Source: an uncultured bacterium (lineage in GTDB: Bacteria; Acidobacteriota; HRBIN11; JAKEFK01). From it: 64,000 bases of DNA. Below, in pieces: positions 21,886 to 32,402 of this stretch. The stretch lies in contig CAVZQN010000003.1 in the NCBI GenBank assembly GCA_963777505.1, positions 1 through 64,000 on the forward strand, read 5' to 3'. Positions within the stretch are counted from its first letter, which is position 1; the number at the start of each line of letters is the position of its first letter. Position numbers and translations under genes: made by a program. The notes below the pieces were generated by a model, which saw only the letters and a list, made by a program, of their open reading frames with translations, had not been told where the DNA came from and did no database searches.

Positions 21886-23076
21886 TCAATTCGCTGGAAT
21901 TGGTTCACGCTTTTCAGAATAAATTGCAGTGATTTTTCCATTGTTGATTTCGAGAGCCGAGGCGCGACCGTCCGGAAAATAACTTGAAAGCATTCCTGTG
22001 TCGATCAAAATGATCTTTGCGTCAAACCGAGAATTAATCTGACCCGCTGGCTGCACCGAATGACCTGTAACAAAACGCGAGGCTTTGTATTTTTTAAGCA
22101 ATTGATCTACCTGCTGCGCTCCCTCGGTGTCGCTCCATTTAGCAAAGCCGCGAAACCACAATGGGCCTTCTGAATGAATGCTGAGCCACGAATCAATATT
22201 CACACATTCTTCAAGCTGCTTCGAAACTGAGTTCTCTACCTCAATTTGAGGCTTACTTTTTAAAACATCGACTTCAGCGCGCGCGGCTTCCAAAAGTTCG
22301 TCCATTGTAAAAAAAGGAAGCGCGGCTTTTCGTTGCTGAAGTAGTTGTGAGCAGCTATCAAAAATTCTGATTTCCTGTTGAATCCTGCGATTCATCTGAT
22401 CTATTGAGTTTTCGCTTGTGGCCGGACTGATCCCTCCATGCAAAAAAATCGATCCATCGATCGTTTGTAATGCATTCAATTTGCGAAGCCACTTGCCATA
22501 TTTTCCATTGCTTGCAAAAGCTTCTCTATGTTCAATGAAACCGGGCGGATGCTTTTTTTTCCATTCTTCTGCAGTTTCCAGTGGCAGCTCCTTCCCAAGC
22601 TTTTTTGTCCGCTGCTTCAAAAAATTCTCGTAAGCTTTATACGACGACTCCTGGCGTTTTGCAGAACCAGAATCCGAATAGCTAGCATATTCTTCAGGCG
22701 ATACATACCGTAAATCCCCGATCAAGTTCATGATTTCATGATTCCCGAGAAGTGGAATGACTTTCCCTTTTTGCTTTGATGCTTCTTTTTCAAGGGCCAT
22801 AAGAAGGTCCATTACTTTTTTGCTGTCCGGACCTCGATCGAGAACATCCCCCGTTTGAACTAAAACCGCGTTTCCTCCGGACCATTGATTCTTGTCGTTG
22901 ATTAACTGCGCCTCACGAAGAATATTCGTGAAGGCTTCAAATGCTCCATGTACATCTCCAACAGCGACGATACGGACAGGTGATGCCCCATCTACAGGAA
23001 ATACGCCGGGTAAAAAGAGAAAAAGAGCGACGACCAGAATCGTTAAAAAGCGGATGAAAGGAATGCGACTTGCCAT
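21886..23076 (-). CDS. Exported metallophosphoesterase (Shewanella-like/Shelph PPP phosphatase)
   Basis: Signal peptide; GDVHG, GDVLDRG, GNHE, HGG, GHS, IDTG motifs. Confidence 0.9.
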   Translation of the reverse strand: MASRIPFIRFLTILVVALFLFLPGVFPVDGASPVRIVAVGDVHGAFEAFTNILREAQLINDKNQWSGGNAVLVQTGDVLDRGPDSKKVMDLLMALEKEASKQKGKVIPLLGNHEIMNLIGDLRYVSPEEYASYSDSGSAKRQESSYKAYENFLKQRTKKLGKELPLETAEEWKKKHPPGFIEHREAFASNGKYGKWLRKLNALQTIDGSIFLHGGISPATSENSIDQMNRRIQQEIRIFDSCSQLLQQRKAALPFFTMDELLEAARAEVDVLKSKPQIEVENSVSKQLEECVNIDSWLSIHSEGPLWFRGFAKWSDTEGAQQVDQLLKKYKASRFVTGHSVQPAGQINSRFDAKIILIDTGMLSSYFPDGRASALEINNGKITAIYSEKREPIPAN

Positions 23077-23138
23077 TTGACCTGTTTAAATGAGAACGAA
23101 TAGAATCATACTAACACTCATAGTGATAGGGTCATTAT

Positions 23139-23990
23139 ATGAGACGCGCAACAATATTAGTTCTTCTATTTTTTCTATCGTTCTATACGTATGCTCAAGA
23201 TACAACCTCCACGGTTTCTGCACAGCAAGTAACACTCAACCCTCCCAAGCTGTGTTTCCCCTTCACTTCATATTCCGAAGTTGAAGAAGCTTTACGCACT
23301 GCAAGGATTGTTGATTCCAAATCAATAGGCACCGGCATTACAAATCCGGTCAAGTTATATCTGAAGACACAGACAAAAGAGTTTAAGGCAGTATTCAAGA
23401 GTGTGAATGAGAGAAAGTTCGGCATTACATCCACGCAAAAGGGGAATGAAGTTGATTTCAAGGATTCATATTTGTTTGAGATTGCTGCATATGAATTGGA
23501 TAAACTTCTAGGTTTGAACATGGTGCCGCCAACGGTTGAACGTTCATTCAATGGGAAAAAGGGTTCTGTTCAACTTTGGGTTGAAAACTGTATGACCGAA
23601 AAGGACAGAAAATTGAAGAAAATGGATCCACCCGATCTGGCTATATGGAATACCCAGATATTTCAGGTGCGTCTTTTTGACAATCTTCTCTACAACATTG
23701 ATCGTAATCTTGGCAATCTTTTGATTGATGACGAATGGAAAGTTTACATGATCGATCACTCTCGCAGCTTTAAGAATCTGAGCCTTGTAAAATCACCAGG
23801 AGATCTTTCAATGTTTTCAAAGGCAACTATGGAAGCGTTGGAAAAGCTGAGCGAACAACAAATTAGAATTTGTTGCGGCCGATACCTGACGGGTCCTGAA
23901 ATCAATAGCCTGGTCAAGCGGCGCGAATTGATCATCGCACATTTTCAAAGCTTGCTGGCTGAAAAGGGAAGTTCAATCTTCCTTCCCTAA
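23139..23990 (+). CDS. Exported atypical kinase (PI3/PI4-kinase-like / Fam20-like fold)
   Basis: Signal peptide (…YTYA-Q); KAVFK, EIAAYELDKLLGLNMVPPT, FDNLLYNIDRNLGN, MIDHSRSF. Confidence 0.8.
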   Translation: MRRATILVLLFFLSFYTYAQDTTSTVSAQQVTLNPPKLCFPFTSYSEVEEALRTARIVDSKSIGTGITNPVKLYLKTQTKEFKAVFKSVNERKFGITSTQKGNEVDFKDSYLFEIAAYELDKLLGLNMVPPTVERSFNGKKGSVQLWVENCMTEKDRKLKKMDPPDLAIWNTQIFQVRLFDNLLYNIDRNLGNLLIDDEWKVYMIDHSRSFKNLSLVKSPGDLSMFSKATMEALEKLSEQQIRICCGRYLTGPEINSLVKRRELIIAHFQSLLAEKGSSIFLP

Positions 23991-24003
23991 CAATTGTAGC
24001 CCG

Positions 24004-25338
24004 CTACTTAATTTTCTTGAATTCTAGTTCCGTAGGTACTCGAAGAATTACTGCCGTTACCTTTCCCGTTTCGTCTTTCTTAAATTCTAAAGTAAATTCC
24101 GAATCTTCTACAAAGAAAGCAGTTTCACTCTCAGGAATTAAATCTAACCGGTAGGCCGTAAACTCGCTGATTAATTTTCCGTCAACAACTGAAACTTTCA
24201 TATTTGTACGGTCTTCGAGGCGATATTCACCTTCATACATTTTCAAAACGGAAAGGTCGAGATTAACTGCCTTGCGTTCAGTCAGCATTAAATCTGGATC
24301 GTAATAACCTGCGACTCGGTGTGCGATGTAGGTTGGATCTCCGCTTGCAGAATTGGTCAAAACGACGACGCTGACTCCATCTTCAATATATCTTGCGATA
24401 TGTGTAGTAAACCCCTGCCAGGCGCCTGCGTGTTCAATCAGCCTATGACCCGATGCAGTTTTTTCTACGCCCCAGCCGAAACCATAACTTTCCTTTTTAC
24501 CATCATTCAGAACAAATTCTGTCCACATCTTTTCAAGGCTGCTCTTCTTTAAGAGTTTTTCGGTATCAAGTGCGGCATCCCATTTCGCCATATCTTCAAT
24601 CGTTAAATATAACGATCCATCTGCGGTTGTGTTAAGAGCCGGAGATACCCATTCCTGATTCTTGATTTCTCCTTTAACAAGTCTGTAACCGGCTGCACGA
24701 TTGGGGATAATATCCGGTTCATTAATAATACGTGTGCTGTTCATTCCCAGAGGTTTAAAAATACGCTCTTGCAAAAAGTCACCATAAAACTTGCCGCTTA
24801 TCTTTCTTATCAGAATGCCGAGCGTTACATAGGCAAGATTGCTATAGCTATATTTTTCACCCGGTTTAAATTCCAACTTCTGATCCGTTATCATTTCGAA
24901 TAATTCATCTTCTGTGTAATCCTTCTGGAGCGAAAAACTCTCAGGATAATCACCTAGACCTGAAGTGTGCGAAAGCATGTGAGCGATTTTGATCTTCTTC
25001 CAACTTCCTGGAGTCTTCAAATATTTTGATATTGGATCATCCAATTGAAGTTTTCCGTCTTCTACAAGCATCATCACAGCAGTGGCGGTAAATTGTTTTC
25101 CAACGGATCCGGATTGGAATATTGTTTCTGGCTTCACAGGCACCATGTGTTCCAGATTTGCAAAACCATACCCTTTCGACAGCACAATCGTTCCGTTTTG
25201 CCTAACGAGCACCGCAACGCCAGGAATTTGTTTCTTTTTTATGTACTGATTAACAAATTCGTCGACTTTTTCAGTTGAAGCAAAAAGATTTGACTGGAAA
25301 ATAATTAAGCATACAAAAAGCAGACAAGATTTTTTCAT
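24004..25338 (-). CDS. Serine hydrolase (beta-lactamase/D-aminopeptidase family) with DUF3471-like C-terminal domain
   Basis: Signal peptide; SVGK (SxxK), YSN, HAG. Confidence 0.9.
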   Translation of the reverse strand: MKKSCLLFVCLIIFQSNLFASTEKVDEFVNQYIKKKQIPGVAVLVRQNGTIVLSKGYGFANLEHMVPVKPETIFQSGSVGKQFTATAVMMLVEDGKLQLDDPISKYLKTPGSWKKIKIAHMLSHTSGLGDYPESFSLQKDYTEDELFEMITDQKLEFKPGEKYSYSNLAYVTLGILIRKISGKFYGDFLQERIFKPLGMNSTRIINEPDIIPNRAAGYRLVKGEIKNQEWVSPALNTTADGSLYLTIEDMAKWDAALDTEKLLKKSSLEKMWTEFVLNDGKKESYGFGWGVEKTASGHRLIEHAGAWQGFTTHIARYIEDGVSVVVLTNSASGDPTYIAHRVAGYYDPDLMLTERKAVNLDLSVLKMYEGEYRLEDRTNMKVSVVDGKLISEFTAYRLDLIPESETAFFVEDSEFTLEFKKDETGKVTAVILRVPTELEFKKIK

Positions 25339-25393
25339 ATGCCCAAAATGTATCACTGGTTTTGATTGGATGGAATAGCAAGGTTAAGAAAAT

Positions 25394-25440
25394 ACGGCAC
25401 TGTTCAGACGGAGGCTGAACTGCGTGCCTAACTACAAATG
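25394..25440. repeat. REP-like palindrome, AGGCACGCAG family
   Basis: acggcactgttcag...ctgaactgcgtgcctaactacaaatg. Confidence 0.7.
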
Positions 25441-26184
25441 AATACCGAAGTGTTGTTGCAGTAGGGCTGAAAATTCATCCTGCCCTGAAAGGTCTTTTTC
25501 TTGTCTCTGGCAGTTTGAGGTAAGAATTAATTTTTTGTCGGTTAGCGTAATACGTCCATTTTCGGTTGCGAGAGAACAAACCACCTTTTGAGTAAACGTA
25601 GATTCAGGAGAGGTTTGATGATAATTAGACATCGGATCATATTCGGCGAGTTGATGAGGAGCCAGTTGAAAAAGATATTGGTTCATCCATTTCTCTTCAA
25701 AAGCTTGATAAAGCATGCTTCCATCGTCTTGTGAAATAATTCTGTACTTTTTCCCCATTTGAATTTGTTCTTCATTTAGATCAAGCTTCAGTGGTTCAAT
25801 AAATGACTCTCCGAAACCTACATCAGCAATCCAACGGTCTTCGAGTTCCACAAGCAATGTCATATGATCAAAGTCAGGACCAAAATCGACGGCTGATTTT
25901 GCAACTCGTGCTGAAAGTCTTGTCACTTTAAAACCCAGCGTTTCAAGCAATTCCGCGAAAAGCCCATTGAGTTCATAGCAAAAGCCGCCTCGATTTCGCT
26001 TAACAATTTTCTCGAAGAAAGCATCGGGATCTAGTTTAATCGGACGCTTCAACGAAATATCAAGATTCTCAAATGGAACGGCCAACAGATGTTTATGGTG
26101 GAGGTGTTTGAGAGTTTCCTCGTTTGGCGCAAGGCTGCCGTTGTAGGATATTCGTTCCAGATAACGTTTGAGATCAAAAGCCAT
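25432..26184 (-). CDS. Arylamine N-acetyltransferase
   Basis: VPFENL, RGGFCYELN, DHM, DVGFG (Cys-His-Asp triad). Confidence 0.95.
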   Translation of the reverse strand: MAFDLKRYLERISYNGSLAPNEETLKHLHHKHLLAVPFENLDISLKRPIKLDPDAFFEKIVKRNRGGFCYELNGLFAELLETLGFKVTRLSARVAKSAVDFGPDFDHMTLLVELEDRWIADVGFGESFIEPLKLDLNEEQIQMGKKYRIISQDDGSMLYQAFEEKWMNQYLFQLAPHQLAEYDPMSNYHQTSPESTFTQKVVCSLATENGRITLTDKKLILTSNCQRQEKDLSGQDEFSALLQQHFGIHL

Positions 26185-26285
26185 GAGACTATTCTAATCA
26201 TTCAGAATCAAGAACGCTTCATGAAAAAATCGACTTGTAGACGCAAGCTATTATCTATAAACCAATCCAGTGCTATAGTCGATCC

Positions 26286-27935
26286 ATGATTAACAGACGA
26301 CAATTCCTTCGTTCAATGGGTGGGTTTGCACTGCTACCACTCTGGCAATCAGGCCCCGATTTGATCCTTTATAACGCGAACATCATGACAGTGGATCAAC
26401 GGAAACCTCGTGCGCAAGCTTTAGCCACCATGGGGGATCGCATTTTTGCAGTAGGAGAAAACGATCCAATTCGAAGCATGGCAGTTTCTCATACACGCCA
26501 AATGAATGTTGAAGGAAAGACAATCGTACCTGGATTTATTGATGCACACACCCATCCTGTATATGCAGGCCGATATCATCTCCGCTATGTTGATTGTGAT
26601 CTTCGATCCATTGCTGAAATTCAGGATGCGATTCGAAAAAAAGCCGCGAATACAACCCGAGGTGAGTGGGTGCTTGGATTTAAATACGATGACACGAAAA
26701 CGAAGGAACGCCGTTTCTTAACTCGAGCTGATCTTGATAATGCCGCGCCTTCACATCCTGTTTATATCCTTCATCGTGGTGGTCACACAGCTTATGTGAA
26801 TTCCCTGGCTCTTCAGCGAGCGGGTATTACTGAAACAACGGAGGATCCATCCGGCGGGAAATTTGAACGCGATCCGAACACCGGGAAAATGACCGGACGA
26901 TTGTTAGAGCTTGCAACAGATAAAGTGCAGCAAGCAATCCCTTCTGTTTTTACAAGAGCTGACAATCAGAAAGCGGCTCAGTTAATCACATCAATGATGT
27001 GTCGTTCAGGAATTACATCCGCTCATGATGCATATGGAGGTCCGGAAGATTTGCTTGGCTATCAGGATGCATACACAGCGGGAGAACTCTCCACTCGCAT
27101 TTATTGCATGATCGGTCATTCTCACATCGATTCAATGATCGCGAGTGGAATCAGGACAGGTTTTGGTGATGAATGGGTTCGAGTGGGCGGAATGAAGCTT
27201 ACTTGTGATGGCTCTATTTCTGAACGAACAGCTCGACTCTCCAAACCATATATAGGACGGCCTGACGACTTCGGAATGATCGTTATGGACGAAAAGCAAT
27301 TGTATGAGCAATGCATTAAAGCGCATCGCGCCGATTGGCAAATTGGTATTCATGCAAATGGTGATGTTGGGATTGATATTGCGTTACGCGTTTACGAGCA
27401 GATTCAAAAAGAACATCCACGCGCTGATCCCCGTTTCCGTCTTGAGCACTGTACTGTAATAAACGAAGATCTGGTTCGCCGGATCAAAGCACTGAATGCA
27501 ATCCCCAACCCGTTTTCAACATACGTGTATTTTCATGGTGAGAAGATGCGTGAATACGGTGAAGAGCGCCTTGAATCGATGTTTGCTGTCCGTAGTTTTT
27601 TGGATGCTGGAATTAATGTCACACAAACATCAGATTACCCACCCGGTCCATTCGAACCAATGATGGCACTGCAATCAAGTGTGACACGTACTGACATCAA
27701 TGGAAAAACTTGGGGCCCAAGTCAAAAGATCACTGTAGAAGAAGCGATTAGAGTGGGCACAATAAATGGCGCATATGCTTCATTTGAAGAAAATGAGAAA
27801 GGCTCACTGGAAGCAGGGAAGCTTGCTGATCTGGTTGTACTTGGCGAAGATCCTACGAAAGTTGATCCTATGTCTTTGATCAAAATACCGGTCGAACGAA
27901 CAATGGTTGGCGGTAAATGGGTTTACGAAATGTAA
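26286..27935 (+). CDS. Tat-exported amidohydrolase (Amidohydro_3)
   Basis: NRRQFL twin-arginine motif; DAHTH, HANGD, RLEH, SDYP. Confidence 0.92.
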   Translation: MINRRQFLRSMGGFALLPLWQSGPDLILYNANIMTVDQRKPRAQALATMGDRIFAVGENDPIRSMAVSHTRQMNVEGKTIVPGFIDAHTHPVYAGRYHLRYVDCDLRSIAEIQDAIRKKAANTTRGEWVLGFKYDDTKTKERRFLTRADLDNAAPSHPVYILHRGGHTAYVNSLALQRAGITETTEDPSGGKFERDPNTGKMTGRLLELATDKVQQAIPSVFTRADNQKAAQLITSMMCRSGITSAHDAYGGPEDLLGYQDAYTAGELSTRIYCMIGHSHIDSMIASGIRTGFGDEWVRVGGMKLTCDGSISERTARLSKPYIGRPDDFGMIVMDEKQLYEQCIKAHRADWQIGIHANGDVGIDIALRVYEQIQKEHPRADPRFRLEHCTVINEDLVRRIKALNAIPNPFSTYVYFHGEKMREYGEERLESMFAVRSFLDAGINVTQTSDYPPGPFEPMMALQSSVTRTDINGKTWGPSQKITVEEAIRVGTINGAYASFEENEKGSLEAGKLADLVVLGEDPTKVDPMSLIKIPVERTMVGGKWVYEM

Positions 27936-27938
27936 TTC

Positions 27939-28047
27939 GGAGCGCAGGCTTCCAGCCTACATTTCGGGCCTCGGACTTCAGTCCGCAATTTTTTCGCAGG
28001 CAAGGATGCCTGCGACCTGTAATGCGGACAAAGATGTCCGCGCTCCG
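27939..28047. repeat. Compound REP-like palindrome
   Basis: ggagcgcaggc...gcaggcaaggatgcctgcg...gcggacaagatgtccgcgctcc; related element at ~58020-58065. Confidence 0.6.
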
Positions 28048-28108
28048 AAAGAATCTAAACTCTATGACGTTCTGCCGAGTCCAATAAACGTCCAGGTACG
28101 GAGGAAAT

Positions 28109-29566
28109 TTGAAATTCAAAACGCGGCTCGCCTTATTTGTCTTCATAACTCTCCAGATTCTACCTGTTCCATCGTACAGTGTTTCAACAACAGACTCGAA
28201 GGGATACGCTTCTGCGATTGAAACAGGCACAAACTTTATTACTCATTTTCGCGACATCGGGGAAGTACCTGGACTCGGCGTTGCTGTAGGAATTAATGGA
28301 AAGTTAGTATGGGAGCAAGGATTCGGATTCAGAGATCTTGAGAATAACCTTGCAGTTAATGCAGAAACTCGATTCCGTCTTGGAAGCGTTTCAAAAATTA
28401 TTACAGCTGCAGCAGCAGCTCGCTTATTTGAGCGCGGCGTTTTGGATATTGATGCGCCGATCGAAAAATATCTTCCTGCAATTCCTGATGCTTACAAGAA
28501 AATTACTACCCGGCAATTGGCTGGTCATCTTGCAGGAGTGCGTCATTACAAACAAACCGACATTGGCTTGGAAAATCAACATTATGAGTCAATCAAAGAT
28601 TCACTAAAGCTATTTACAGGTGATCCTCTTGTTGAGGAACCAGGCTCAAAATACCTTTATTCCACTTTCGGGTTTGTTTTGCTTTCCGCTGTTATTGAAT
28701 CTGCATCAGGTAAGGATTTTCTGAAGACACTTGATGATGAAGTATTTCATCCCTTAAAAATGAATCATTCAGGTCCTGATCAAATTCGAGAAATCATTCC
28801 TCAACGAACCAGATATTACGAACGAACAAAAGACGGAGTGCGTCATGCCGTTTATGAAGACCCCAGTTATAAATGGGCAGGTGGCGGATTGATTTCGACT
28901 GCCGGTGATTTAGTTCGATTCGGATCGAGCTATCTGACTCCCGGCTATCTTAAGCAACAAACTCTGGATCTCCTTTTTACTTCTCAACGCACTGCCGATG
29001 GAAAGGAAACAGGTATCGGGTTTGCGTGGCGGATTGGTACTGATTGGAAAGGAAGACGGGTTTATCACCACGCAGGCAATATTGCAGGCGGTCGAGCAGT
29101 CCTCGTTGTTTATCCGGAAACCCAGCTGGTTGTCGCTCTCGTTTCAAACGCTTCTGGACAGCCAGCCTTCGCAGAAAGCACAGCACAGATGCTTGCGGAA
29201 TCATTTCTCAGCAAGAATGAATCTGATCACAACATTCCAAAAGATCTTGCCGGTTCTTTTGAGTTGACTGGAATCGATCAGGAAAAGCCTTTTACTGCAA
29301 AACTTGAATTGAAACAATCAAAGAAATTTTATCAAGGCTCAATCAAAGGAGATCTGCCTCTAATTTCGGCTGCATCAAAAAATGGACTGTCCGAAAGGCT
29401 TGAAATTGCTAGTGTTTGGATGAAAGACAATGAGCCTGTCCTTGTTCTGGTTTCACCATTTGGGCTCGTCGATATGCAACTGATCAAGACTCCGAACGGA
29501 TACAAATATTCTATAGAGGAAGGTCCGGCAAAGTTTCAAGGTGAGTTAACCCGGATCGGAAATTGA
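28109..29566 (+). CDS. Serine hydrolase (beta-lactamase family)
   Basis: TTG start after GGAGG; SVSK, YST, HAG. Confidence 0.9.
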   Translation: MKFKTRLALFVFITLQILPVPSYSVSTTDSKGYASAIETGTNFITHFRDIGEVPGLGVAVGINGKLVWEQGFGFRDLENNLAVNAETRFRLGSVSKIITAAAAARLFERGVLDIDAPIEKYLPAIPDAYKKITTRQLAGHLAGVRHYKQTDIGLENQHYESIKDSLKLFTGDPLVEEPGSKYLYSTFGFVLLSAVIESASGKDFLKTLDDEVFHPLKMNHSGPDQIREIIPQRTRYYERTKDGVRHAVYEDPSYKWAGGGLISTAGDLVRFGSSYLTPGYLKQQTLDLLFTSQRTADGKETGIGFAWRIGTDWKGRRVYHHAGNIAGGRAVLVVYPETQLVVALVSNASGQPAFAESTAQMLAESFLSKNESDHNIPKDLAGSFELTGIDQEKPFTAKLELKQSKKFYQGSIKGDLPLISAASKNGLSERLEIASVWMKDNEPVLVLVSPFGLVDMQLIKTPNGYKYSIEEGPAKFQGELTRIGN

Positions 29567-29623
29567 GCCAGCGTTCTTGCCCTGCATCTTTTGGAACATA
29601 TCTTGTACGTGAGGTAAGTTCCA

Positions 29624-31192
29624 TTGGGATTAAAGACTAAAAAATTAGAAACCGATTTTTCAAATCAGACTTCGGGCAGTAATGAAACGTACTGGCTCGA
29701 CTCAAGTCCTGGAAAACGTTTCGAGACCTTACAACAAAATGTGAGAGTCGATGCAGTTGTCGTTGGGGCGGGGATCGCTGGTGTTACGACAGCTTACGTT
29801 CTATCTAAATCCGGGATCAAAGTTGCTCTGATTGATGATGGAAGAATCGGGAGCGGCGAAAGTGGACGAACAACAGCTCACTTAGTAAATGCACTGGATG
29901 ATCGATACTATGATCTTGTGAAATATTTCGGTGAAAAGAACGCAGCATATGCTGCGGAAAGTCATACGGCGGCTGTAAATTTTATTGAGAGCGTCGTTCG
30001 CAAAGAAAAAATCAATTGCGAATTCGAAAGAGTCGATGGCTACCTTTTTCTGGATCCAACTGACACGATCGATTCGCTAAAAGAAGATCTAGAGGCAGCT
30101 CACAAATCTGGCCTTAAAGGGGTTGAGTTGCTGGAACGCGCGCCAATCGATTCTTTCGATACAGGTCCTTGCTTGCATTATCCAGAACAAGCTCAATTCC
30201 ATCCGATGAAATATTTGAATCGACTTGCAGAAATAATTGTCGAATCTGGTGGCCAGATTTTCACAGAAACTCATGTTGAATCATTCACAAAGGAAGGAAT
30301 AAAAACACAATCAGGGCATGAAGTTTATGCAGATCATATTGTAGTTGCGACGAATACTCCCGTAAACGATCGTGTAACAATGCATACGAAGCAAGGCCCT
30401 TATCGAACTTACGTGATTGGCCTTCAGGTAAAAAAGAAATCGATCCCGCACGTTTTATTGTGGGATACAGGAAATCAAAATGAAAAACCTTATCCATATC
30501 ATTACATCCGGCTGCAAAAACTTGATTCGACCCACGACCTGTTAATTGTCGGAGGTGAGGATCACAAGACAGGTCAATCGGATGATTTTGAGGCTCGATT
30601 TTCGAACCTTGAAAAATGGACTCGTAAACATTTTCCTAGCGCAAAGAAAGTAATTTACAAATGGTCTGGCCAGGTAATGGAACCAATTGACAGCCTGGCT
30701 TTCATCGGAAGGAATCCAGGTGATGACAATATTTACATTTGCACCGGTGATTCAGGAAACGGTATGACGCACGGCACGATTGCAGGAATGCTCATACCCG
30801 ATCTGATTTTGAACAAACCAAATCCCTGGGCTGAAGTATATGATCCTTCGAGAAAAACTTTGCAAGCGGCTTCCGACTTTTTGTCTGAAAATGTTAACGT
30901 CGCGGCACAATATACAGATTGGGTCAAAAAGGGTGATATAGAAAACATTGAAGAGTTGAAACCTGGTGAAGGGGCGGTTCTAAAAAAGGGACTCAAGCCG
31001 GTTGCTGTATATAAGGATGAACAGGGACAAGTATTTCAATCTTCAGCTGTTTGTGTTCATCTTGGCTGCATCGTCCAATGGAATCGTGCAGAAAAGACAT
31101 TTGATTGTCCCTGTCACGGGTCACGATTCACTTTTGCAGGCAAAGTTGTGAACGGACCCGCCAACAAAGACCTTAATCCCGCGTCAGATTAA
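29624..31192 (+). CDS. FAD-dependent oxidoreductase with C-terminal Rieske domain (YhfW-like)
   Basis: VGAGIAG; CVHLGC...CPCHGS. Confidence 0.93.
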   Translation: MGLKTKKLETDFSNQTSGSNETYWLDSSPGKRFETLQQNVRVDAVVVGAGIAGVTTAYVLSKSGIKVALIDDGRIGSGESGRTTAHLVNALDDRYYDLVKYFGEKNAAYAAESHTAAVNFIESVVRKEKINCEFERVDGYLFLDPTDTIDSLKEDLEAAHKSGLKGVELLERAPIDSFDTGPCLHYPEQAQFHPMKYLNRLAEIIVESGGQIFTETHVESFTKEGIKTQSGHEVYADHIVVATNTPVNDRVTMHTKQGPYRTYVIGLQVKKKSIPHVLLWDTGNQNEKPYPYHYIRLQKLDSTHDLLIVGGEDHKTGQSDDFEARFSNLEKWTRKHFPSAKKVIYKWSGQVMEPIDSLAFIGRNPGDDNIYICTGDSGNGMTHGTIAGMLIPDLILNKPNPWAEVYDPSRKTLQAASDFLSENVNVAAQYTDWVKKGDIENIEELKPGEGAVLKKGLKPVAVYKDEQGQVFQSSAVCVHLGCIVQWNRAEKTFDCPCHGSRFTFAGKVVNGPANKDLNPASD

Positions 31193-31267
31193 TCCAGCCT
31201 TCTCTGCGACTCCGCGGTACCAGGAATCTAGAATGAGTAAACTTTCTTAGGTGGCCGTTCGTCTATT

Positions 31268-32293
31268 ATGGCAACAAAATATCCGAGGATAACAACAATG
31301 ATCAGGATCATTCCTATCGTCTTACTGTTCGCTTCGCTTTGCGCTGCGGAAGATTTTACTGTCGAAACGATCGATCGAACACTACCTATTACAGGCCGTC
31401 CAACCATTATTTCGAGGAATCTGGATGGTCATACGATTCTTAAAGCTGGACCGGACGGGGAAGTGCAGGTTCATGCCGTTAAAGAGGTTCGGCATGTTCG
31501 TGACAAACAAGAAGCGGAGAAAGAAGCCGCGAAGGTTCCGATTCGAATTCAAAATGTCGGTTCGAATATTGAGATTATTGCAGATTATCCGAATAACTGG
31601 GGAATCCACTTTGGAAAAGGTCCCGAAGTTCTCGTTCATTTTGAAATCACAGCACCCGCTGGTTCCGATATCGATGCCAGAATTGCAGACGGTCGTATGG
31701 AAGCAACAGGATTCGATGGGATGCTTTCGTTAAAAACGGCAGATGGACACCTGAATGTGAACAATCTCAATGGTGATGTACGTTTGGCATCTGCTGATGG
31801 GGATATCAAAGCAACAAAATGTTCCGGAACAGTGGAAGTATCGGTAGCGGATGGCGATATTAATGCGGATTCATTTTCAGGAAGCATCAGATTGCGTTCT
31901 GCGGATGGCCGGATTGTTCTGAATAATTCGGAAGGGATTGTTGAAGCAAAATCAGCAGATGGCCGTGTAACTCTTGAAGGACTGTTCAACTCAGTCAATG
32001 CGCGAACTGCCGATGGAAGATTAGAAGTGCGAGCTCGTCCGGGTTCCAGTGTTGCAAACCCATGGAGCCTTAAAACTTCAGATGGCAATTTGACCCTGCA
32101 TCTTCCAGATTCAATTCAAGCTGATTTTGATATCCGAACTGGCGATGGCAAGATCATAACGGATTTGCCTATATCCATCCTTGGAACTGTGACCCGTAGT
32201 CATCTTTCAGGAAAAATTAATGGAGGAGGATCATTGGTTATGATCCAAACTGCAGATGGCTCGATCACAATTTCACGCACACTTCAGGAATGA
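31268..32293 (+). CDS. DUF4097-like beta-strand repeat protein
   Basis: Signal-like segment; many (T/S)ADG repeats. Confidence 0.85.
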   Translation: MATKYPRITTMIRIIPIVLLFASLCAAEDFTVETIDRTLPITGRPTIISRNLDGHTILKAGPDGEVQVHAVKEVRHVRDKQEAEKEAAKVPIRIQNVGSNIEIIADYPNNWGIHFGKGPEVLVHFEITAPAGSDIDARIADGRMEATGFDGMLSLKTADGHLNVNNLNGDVRLASADGDIKATKCSGTVEVSVADGDINADSFSGSIRLRSADGRIVLNNSEGIVEAKSADGRVTLEGLFNSVNARTADGRLEVRARPGSSVANPWSLKTSDGNLTLHLPDSIQADFDIRTGDGKIITDLPISILGTVTRSHLSGKINGGGSLVMIQTADGSITISRTLQE

Positions 32294-32402
32294 TTTTAAG
32301 GGCGGCTCTTAGACGCGCCCCTACTATTTTGATAGACTACAGTTTCCACCCCGGCGTATAGCCCACCCGATTTGAGCCGTACATATTCCAGGAGGACTAA
32401 TC

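Noticed and set aside
17753-29566. Antibiotic-resistance calls for the MBL-fold and SxxK proteins
   Set aside because: Only superfamily motifs are visible; nothing specific to true beta-lactamases
29592-29607. Sigma54-like TGGAACA-N4-TTGT before the FAD oxidoreductase
   Set aside because: Lacks the conserved -12 GC; too weak to call
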